From: Candidatus Methylomirabilia bacterium
Lineage (GTDB): Bacteria; Methylomirabilota; Methylomirabilia; Rokubacteriales; CSP1-6
Assembly: GCA_041496385.1 (NCBI GenBank)
Contig: JBGQEL010000118.1
Coordinates: forward strand, 1-13,406
DNA: 13,406 bases
Reading direction: 5' to 3'
The position numbers and the translations under genes were made by a program. Positions 9,169-13,406 of this stretch are shown piece by piece (position 1 is the stretch's first letter; every line of letters starts with the position of its first letter). The notes under the pieces were generated by a model. It was given only the letters and a program-made list of their open reading frames with translations, ran no database searches and was not told the DNA's origin.

Positions 9169-9905
9169 CCCCGCGCGACCTCTTCCTCACGCGCATCCGC
9201 GCCGAGATGGCGAAGACGCGCGGCCTGTTCCCCGCGAGGACGGCGGCGCGCCCCGCCGATCCGGGCGCCGTCGCCGAGACGATCAGGCGGCAGCTGGCGG
9301 AGCGATGGCCGGCGGCGCTCGAGCGCTTTCGGGAGGAGTTCGAGCGCGTGGGCGGCGTCTTCCACCGCGTCGGCGCCCTCGCCGGCGTGCCCCAGGTGGT
9401 CGCGGGGATCGCGCACGAGCGCGAGATCCGGCGCCTGGTCGCCTGGGACGCGCGCGAGCTGGGAGGCGACTTGCTGCCCGCGCTGGGCGCGCGCGGCCTC
9501 GAGCCCTTCGCGATGCCGCCCGGCGACCTGCCCGACGTCGCGGCGCGCGCGGCGTTGCGCGAGCGCGTGGCCGCCGCCGAGCTGGGCCTCACGGGCGCGG
9601 ACCTCGCGATCGCGGAGACGGGCAGCCTCGTGCTTCGTTCCGGAGCCGGGCGTCCGCGCTCGACGTCGCTCCTCCCGGCCTGTCACATCGCGGTGTTCGA
9701 CCGCGCCGCGCTGATCGAGTCGCTCGCCCAGGCCGGCGTCTTCCTCGAGCTGTGGAGCCGCGAGGAGCCGGCGGGCGTCGGGGCGGTCACGAGCTTCATC
9801 ACCGGGCCGAGCCGGACCGCCGACATCGAGCTGACGCTGACGCGGGGCGTGCACGGGCCCAAGGAAGTCCACGCCGTCTTCGTGGACGCGCCGATCCGTG
9901 GCTGA
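9165..9905 (+). CDS. lutC: LutC/LldG/YkgG (LUD domain) protein, 246 aa
   Basis: GTG 9165 overlaps the lutB stop (GTGA). Motifs AIAETGSLV, SLLP and ITGPSRTADIELTLTRGVHGP. Confidence 0.88.
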   Translation: MTPRDLFLTRIRAEMAKTRGLFPARTAARPADPGAVAETIRRQLAERWPAALERFREEFERVGGVFHRVGALAGVPQVVAGIAHEREIRRLVAWDARELGGDLLPALGARGLEPFAMPPGDLPDVAARAALRERVAAAELGLTGADLAIAETGSLVLRSGAGRPRSTSLLPACHIAVFDRAALIESLAQAGVFLELWSREEPAGVGAVTSFITGPSRTADIELTLTRGVHGPKEVHAVFVDAPIRG

Positions 9906-10299
9906 GCGGTACTTCACGCCTCCCGACGTCGAGAAGCTGATCCCGCAGCTCACGCGGCTGATGAGCGGCGTGAGGGCCGCCGCCCAGGAGGCGAGCGCCG
10001 CGCGCGAGCGCCTCCAGACCGAGCAGCGGCGGATCGCGCAGACCGGCGGCGGCGTGCTCGACCGCGCGGCCTGGACGGCGGACACGGCGCGCGTCGAACG
10101 CGGGGACCGCCGGGTCCGCGAGGGGCTCGAGGCGATCGTGGGGCTCGGCGGCGCGCCGAAGGACCTCGGTCTCGGGCTGGTGGACTTTCCGCACCTGCGC
10201 GACGGCCGCGAGGTGAACCTCTGCTGGAAGTACGGCGAGACGGAGATCCGCCACTGGCACGGGCTCGACGAGGGCTACAACGGACGGAAGCCCCTCTGA
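9898..10299 (+). CDS. DUF2203-like conserved protein
   Basis: N-terminal RYFT, a helical middle, and C-terminal KD...GLVDFP...EVNLCWKYGE.EI.HWH..DEGYNGRKPL resemble DUF2203 (recognised from memory). 8-nt overlap with lutC. Confidence 0.78.
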   Translation: MAERYFTPPDVEKLIPQLTRLMSGVRAAAQEASAARERLQTEQRRIAQTGGGVLDRAAWTADTARVERGDRRVREGLEAIVGLGGAPKDLGLGLVDFPHLRDGREVNLCWKYGETEIRHWHGLDEGYNGRKPL

Positions 10300-11051
10300 T
10301 GGCGTACACGGCCGTGCTCTTCGACCTCTTCGACACGCTCGTCCGGCTCGACCGCACGCGGATGCCCGAGATCCAGATCGACGGCAAGACCGTGCGCTCC
10401 TCGGCCGGGCAGATCCACGCGCTGCTCAGCGCCCAGGTGCCCGCGCTGAGCCTGGAGGCCTGCTACGAGGCGCTCGGCGAGAGCTGGCGGGAGGCGGAGC
10501 GCCTGCGCGCGCTCGACGACCGCGAGGTGGCCGCGCCGGTCCGCTTCGGGTACTTCTTCCGCCGGCTCGGCCTGGACGAGGCGGCGCTGCCGGCCGGCCT
10601 CGCGCAGACGCTGCTCGACACCCACCGCGGCACGCTCGGGCGCGCCGCCGAGTGTCCCGCGCATCACCGTCCGCTGCTGCGACGCCTCGCCGCGCGCTAT
10701 CGCCTCGCCGTCGTCTCGAACTTCGACTACTCGCCGACGGCCCTCGACATCCTCGAGCGCGCGGGGGTCGCGGAGCTGTTCGGCGCCATCGTGGTCTCGG
10801 ACGCGATCGGCTGGCGGAAGCCGAAGCGCGAGATCTTCGACGCCGCGCTCCGGCAACTCGGCGTCCGGCCCGAGGAATCGCTCTTCGTCGGCGACCGCGC
10901 CGACATGGACGTGCTCGGCGCCCAGCGGATCGGCATGGACGCGGCGTGGATCAACCGGGACGCCGAGCCGCTGCCGGCCGGGGTCGCCCCGCCGACATAC
11001 GAGATCCGCGACCTCGGCGAGCTGGCGCATATCCTCGGGGTGGACGCGTGA
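10299..11051 (+). CDS. HAD-superfamily hydrolase (subfamily IA-like)
   Basis: Motif I FDLFDTL, motif II VVSN, motif III RKP and motif IV VGDRADMDVLGA. TGATG overlap with the upstream gene. Confidence 0.85.
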   Translation: MAYTAVLFDLFDTLVRLDRTRMPEIQIDGKTVRSSAGQIHALLSAQVPALSLEACYEALGESWREAERLRALDDREVAAPVRFGYFFRRLGLDEAALPAGLAQTLLDTHRGTLGRAAECPAHHRPLLRRLAARYRLAVVSNFDYSPTALDILERAGVAELFGAIVVSDAIGWRKPKREIFDAALRQLGVRPEESLFVGDRADMDVLGAQRIGMDAAWINRDAEPLPAGVAPPTYEIRDLGELAHILGVDA

Positions 11052-11103
11052 ATCGTGCGTGGGCGCCGCGACATCTAAGAGGGTGGGACAGGCGAGAGGA
11101 TTG

Positions 11104-12042
11104 ATGGCAACCACGCGCAAGGTCATCGTCATCGGATCGGGGCCCGCGGGCTACACGGCGGCGATCTACGCGGCGCGCGCCAACCTGGCGCCGCTCGTGC
11201 TCACCGGCGTGACGTCCGGGGGCCAGCTCATGCTCACGACGCTCGTCGAGAACTATCCGGGCTTCGTGGAGGGCGTCCAGGGGCCCGACCTGATGGAGAC
11301 GATGAAGAAGCAGGCCGAGCACTTCGGCACCGAGATGATCGCCGAGGACGCGACGTCGGTGGACTTCTCGCGCCGGCCGTTCGTCGTCCGGACGGACGCG
11401 CAGACCTTCGAGGCCCACGCCCTGATCATCGCCACCGGCGCCTCCGCGAAGCTCCTCGGTCTCCCGGCCGAGTCGAAGCTGATGGGCCGTGGCGTCTCGA
11501 CCTGCGCGACCTGCGACGGCTTCTTCTTCAAGGATCAGAACATCATGGTGGTCGGCGGCGGCGACTCCGCGCTCGAGGAGGCGCTCTTCCTGTCGCGGCT
11601 CGGCCGTCGGGTGGACGTCGTTCACCGGCGCGAGGCGCTGCGGGGCTCCAAGATCATGCAGGAGCGGGCCTTCAAGAACCCGAAGATCGAATTTCTCTGG
11701 CACACGGTCGTGGACGACATCCTCGACGTGAGCCGCGGCAAGGTCACGGGCGTGCGCCTGAAAAACCTCAAGACCGGCGCGCGCGAGGAGCGTCCGGTGG
11801 ACGGCCTCTTCGTCGCGATCGGGCACCAGCCGAACACGCGGATCTTCGAGGGCCAGGTCGAGCTGCTGCCGAACGGCTACGTCAAGGTGAGTCCGGGGAC
11901 GACGCAGACGAGCGTCCCCGGCGTGTTCGCCGCGGGCGACGTGCAGGACTTCACGTACCGCCAGGCCGTGACCGCGGCGGGCACGGGCTGCATGGCCGCG
12001 CTCGAGGCGGACCGGTATCTGGAGGCGATGGAGCCGCACTAG
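11104..12042 (+). CDS. trxB: thioredoxin-disulfide reductase (low-MW, NADPH-type), 312 aa
   Basis: IGSGPAGYTAAIY, GGQL...ENYPGF, active site CATCD, GGGDSALEEA, NADPH-specific HRRxxxR (HRREALR), and FAAGDV...YRQAVTAAGTGCMAA. ATG 11104 follows GAGAGGA (11094-11100); the ORF-track start at 11059 is probably too long. Confidence 0.93.
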   Translation: MATTRKVIVIGSGPAGYTAAIYAARANLAPLVLTGVTSGGQLMLTTLVENYPGFVEGVQGPDLMETMKKQAEHFGTEMIAEDATSVDFSRRPFVVRTDAQTFEAHALIIATGASAKLLGLPAESKLMGRGVSTCATCDGFFFKDQNIMVVGGGDSALEEALFLSRLGRRVDVVHRREALRGSKIMQERAFKNPKIEFLWHTVVDDILDVSRGKVTGVRLKNLKTGAREERPVDGLFVAIGHQPNTRIFEGQVELLPNGYVKVSPGTTQTSVPGVFAAGDVQDFTYRQAVTAAGTGCMAALEADRYLEAMEPH

Positions 12043-12048
12043 GTGCTG

Positions 12049-12054
12049 TATGAT
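12049..12054 (+). promoter_or_regulatory. possible sigma70-type -10 element upstream of the redoxin and FTR genes
   Basis: TATGAT in the 69-nt gap after trxB is a 5/6 match to TATAAT in a GC-rich background. No convincing -35 is visible. Confidence 0.25.
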
Positions 12055-12111
12055 GCGCGCGCCCGCGCAGGACATCGCGGCGAGGGTGCGGACTCGAGAG
12101 GAGACAAGACC

Positions 12112-12348
12112 ATGGCCGTCTCGGTCACCGTCTACAGCAACGTCGGCTGAGGGCCCTGCCACAAAGCGATGGAGTATCTATCGCAAAAGGGCGTGCAGTT
12201 CGTCGAGCGAAACGTCGGCCGCGACCCCGTGGCCCGCGAGGAGCTGATGGCGCTCGGCCTCACGTCGCTGCCCGTCCTCCTCATCGGGGACAAGCGGCTC
12301 ACCGGGTTCAACCCAGCCCAGATCGACGCGGCCCTGGGCGCGTCGTAG
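12112..12348 (+). CDS. NrdH/glutaredoxin-like redoxin with in-frame TGA at the active site (UxxC), probable selenoprotein, 78 aa
   Basis: GAGGAG RBS about 8 nt before ATG 12112. Manual translation: MAVSVTVYSNVG-U(TGA 12148-12150)-GPCHKAMEYLSQKGVQFVERNVGRDPVAREELMALGLTSLPVLLIGDKRLTGFNPAQIDAALGAS, ending at TAG 12346-12348. Fold hallmarks of Grx/NrdH are present: VTVYS before CxxC, YL..KGV.F.E.NV, cis-Pro SLPV and GFNP. Absent from the ORF track. Confidence 0.88.
12151..12192 (+). promoter_or_regulatory. candidate bacterial SECIS element
   Basis: Upper stem GCGAUGGA (12166-12173) pairs with UCUAUCGC (12177-12184): 8 bp with one G-U and a GUA loop beginning 23 nt after the UGA. Lower stem GCCCU (12153-12157) pairs with AGGGC (12188-12192). 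A/T-ending codons (AAA, TAT, CTA, CAA) cluster here, unlike the GC3-rich neighbouring sequence. Confidence 0.7.
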
Positions 12349-12361
12349 GCGTGGAGGCGGC

Positions 12362-12781
12362 ATGAACGAGCCCTCAGCGGCGAACGTCGACAAGATGTGG
12401 GCGTACGCCCGGAAGTACGCCGAGAAGTCCGGCACGTCGCTCCACCCGGATCAGAGCGTCACCGAGACGGTCGTGAAGGGGCTGGCCCGGCACATCGAGC
12501 TGGTCGGCAAGCCCCTCTGTCCCTGCAACTTCTACCCCGATCCGGCGGCCGAGGCGAAGCTGCGTCGCTGGATCTGCGCCTGCGACGAGATGCAGAAGTA
12601 CAAGTACTGCCACTGCCTCCTCTTCGTGACGCCCGAGGGCGTGCCGATCACGGAGTACCTGCCCGAGGACCACGAGGGGCGCCAGGCCTACGGCGTCGTG
12701 CGCGACCCCGACCCGGCGAGGGGCCGCGCGATGGCGCGGGTCCTCGACCGGCAGCGGGCGGAGGCTTCCCCCGAGACCTAG
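12362..12781 (+). CDS. ferredoxin:thioredoxin reductase catalytic (beta) subunit homologue
   Basis: GL....G.PLCPC...WICAC...YCHCLLF matches the FTR CPC/CPC/CHC [4Fe-4S] plus disulfide signature, with CAC as the middle motif. GGAGG RBS at 12353-12357. Confidence 0.9.
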   Translation: MNEPSAANVDKMWAYARKYAEKSGTSLHPDQSVTETVVKGLARHIELVGKPLCPCNFYPDPAAEAKLRRWICACDEMQKYKYCHCLLFVTPEGVPITEYLPEDHEGRQAYGVVRDPDPARGRAMARVLDRQRAEASPET

Positions 12782-12799
12782 AGCGGGAGCTCGCGCTCG

Positions 12800-13227
12800 A
12801 GCCGCCCGTGGCGTCCGAGGCGAGATCCCCTCCACGGCGAGTCGCGGATCGAAGCCCAGGGTGATGTGAGGCTGATAGCGATTCCCCACGAGCGCATACC
12901 CGTACCGCCGCGCGTTGACCACGAGCACCGGATCGTTGTCGAAGAGCGTGGCCGTCGTTCTCACCACGACGGCGTTCGCGGTGGGATCGAGGAGGCCCTC
13001 GGCGACCGTGATGGCATCCTCATGGGCCTGCTGCAGGCGTTGCCGTCCGGGCGAGGCGGGATCGGCATGCCAGAACAGGAAGCCCGCGCCGGCGGCCGCG
13101 ACGGTGAGGCGGGCCCCACCACCATCTCGGGGCTCTGGGGCATCAGCCCGGCCGCGAGCTCGCAGCACGTTTGAATCGTGGCCGCGTCGGGCCTGACCAC
13201 GATCCCCAGGAAGTCCGAGATCAGCAT
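12800..13227 (-). pseudogene. frameshifted and truncated 2H-phosphoesterase (2'-5' RNA ligase/DUF1045-like) remnant
   Basis: Frame A from ATG 13227 (MLISDFLGIVVRPDAATIQTCCELAAGLMPQSPEMVVGP) is GC3-rich up to about 13111. Protein-like coding then continues in a different frame (RLTVAAAGAGFLFWH...RRYGYALVGNRYQPHITLGFDP) with an HxT motif at 12860-12868. Only one HxT is present and there is no stop before the frame runs antisense into the FTR gene. The left boundary is approximate. Confidence 0.5.
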
Positions 13228-13236
13228 TCCGTTCGC

Positions 13237-13251
13237 TTACCCACGAGGTAA
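13237..13251. promoter_or_regulatory. palindromic operator candidate TTACC-N5-GGTAA
   Basis: Perfect 5-bp inverted repeat (TTACCcacgaGGTAA) in the 59-nt divergent intergenic region, abutting the putative -35 of the XRE gene. Confidence 0.55.
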
Positions 13252-13279
13252 TTGCCACGCCGCCCCGAGTGGGTAGACT
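13252..13279 (+). promoter_or_regulatory. putative sigma70 promoter (TTGCCA-N16-TAGACT) for a leaderless XRE regulator mRNA
   Basis: -35 TTGCCA at 13252-13257 and -10 TAGACT at 13274-13279. GTG 13287 lies 7 nt after the -10 with no Shine-Dalgarno sequence. Confidence 0.5.
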
Positions 13280-13286
13280 GTTCGCC

Positions 13287-13406
13287 GTGGGACAGGCAGC
13301 GAGCGCCCCCGGGCCCCGCGCCGCGCAACCGGCGTTCGGCCCCCTGCTCAGGCACTGGCGGCTGGCCCGCCGGCTGAGCCAGCTCGCCCTCGCGGGCGAG
13401 GCGGAG
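13287..13406 (+). CDS. XRE-family helix-turn-helix transcriptional regulator (MmyB-like), 3'-partial
   Basis: Manual translation MGQAASAPGPRAAQPAFGPLLRHWRLARRLSQLALAGEAE matches the typical start of these regulators (G.LLR.WR..R.LSQL.LA..A.). Runs off the window end and is not in the ORF track. Confidence 0.75.
   Translation, partial: MGQAASAPGPRAAQPAFGPLLRHWRLARRLSQLALAGEAE

Noticed and set aside
12148..12150. TGA read as Trp or Gly under an alternative genetic code (tables 4/25)
   Set aside because: TGA terminates korA, korB, glcD, glcE, the cupin, lutA, lutB, lutC, the DUF2203-like gene and the HAD gene, often in coupled overlaps. This in-frame TGA also falls at a catalytic Cys position.
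12050..12247. 65-aa + strand ORF (MMRAPAQD...) in the ORF track
   Set aside because: Out-of-frame shadow of the redoxin gene. It has no recognisable motifs or RBS, whereas the 12112 frame has an RBS and a clear fold.
12169..12348. 59-aa redoxin starting at internal ATG 12169
   Set aside because: It would lack the first beta-strand and the whole active site, and its ATG is buried in the hairpin stem without an SD.
489..12435. Many long antisense and off-frame ORFs (e.g. 1413-2738, 2563-4059, 3825-5210, 5492-6718, 7720-8832, 10951-12162)
   Set aside because: Typical high-GC shadow ORFs that fully overlap well-supported + strand genes. They are Arg/Pro/Ala-rich and carry no family motifs.
12781..12800. 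GAGCG...CGCTC inverted repeat just after the FTR stop as a possible terminator
   Set aside because: The stem is short and imperfect with no U-tract on either strand, which is expected by chance at this GC content.
13190..13227. MLISDFLGIVVR resembles the N-terminus of DUF4160 toxin-antitoxin-associated proteins
   Set aside because: The resemblance ends after about 12 residues, the expected H.PPH.H motif is absent, and no partner gene is present.
12374..13258. 294-aa - strand ORF taken as one intact gene
   Set aside because: Only about 12800-13111 looks protein-like. The N-terminal part is off-frame to the ATG 13227 reading, and the C-terminal half is antisense to the FTR gene.
1..13406. tRNA (including tRNA-Sec), rRNA, CRISPR arrays, IS elements or tandem repeats
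   Set aside because: None seen by eye. The intergenic gaps are too short (under about 70 nt) and no transposase, integrase or repeat-spacer pattern is evident.

Overview
High-GC (roughly 70% by eye) bacterial chromosomal segment. Positions 1-12781 hold 14 co-oriented + strand genes, most of them translationally coupled. In order: 2-oxoacid:ferredoxin oxidoreductase alpha and beta (korA, 5'-truncated by the window, and korB), glcDEF-type 2-hydroxyacid dehydrogenase, a cupin, lutABC/lldEFG lactate-oxidation complex, a DUF2203-like protein, a HAD hydrolase, thioredoxin reductase trxB, a small NrdH/glutaredoxin-like gene, and a ferredoxin:thioredoxin reductase catalytic-subunit homologue. The main observation is a gene missing from the ORF track. 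It spans 12112-12348 and encodes a 78-aa redoxin whose first active-site Cys codon is an in-frame TGA (U-G-P-C). A SECIS-like stem-loop follows the TGA, so it is a probable selenoprotein, and it sits between an NADPH-type and a ferredoxin-type disulfide reductase. The right end carries a frameshifted, truncated 2H-phosphoesterase-like remnant on the - strand. Divergent from it is the start of an XRE/MmyB-like regulator, with a palindromic operator candidate and a probably leaderless promoter between them. All family calls come from motif recognition by eye; no searches were run.
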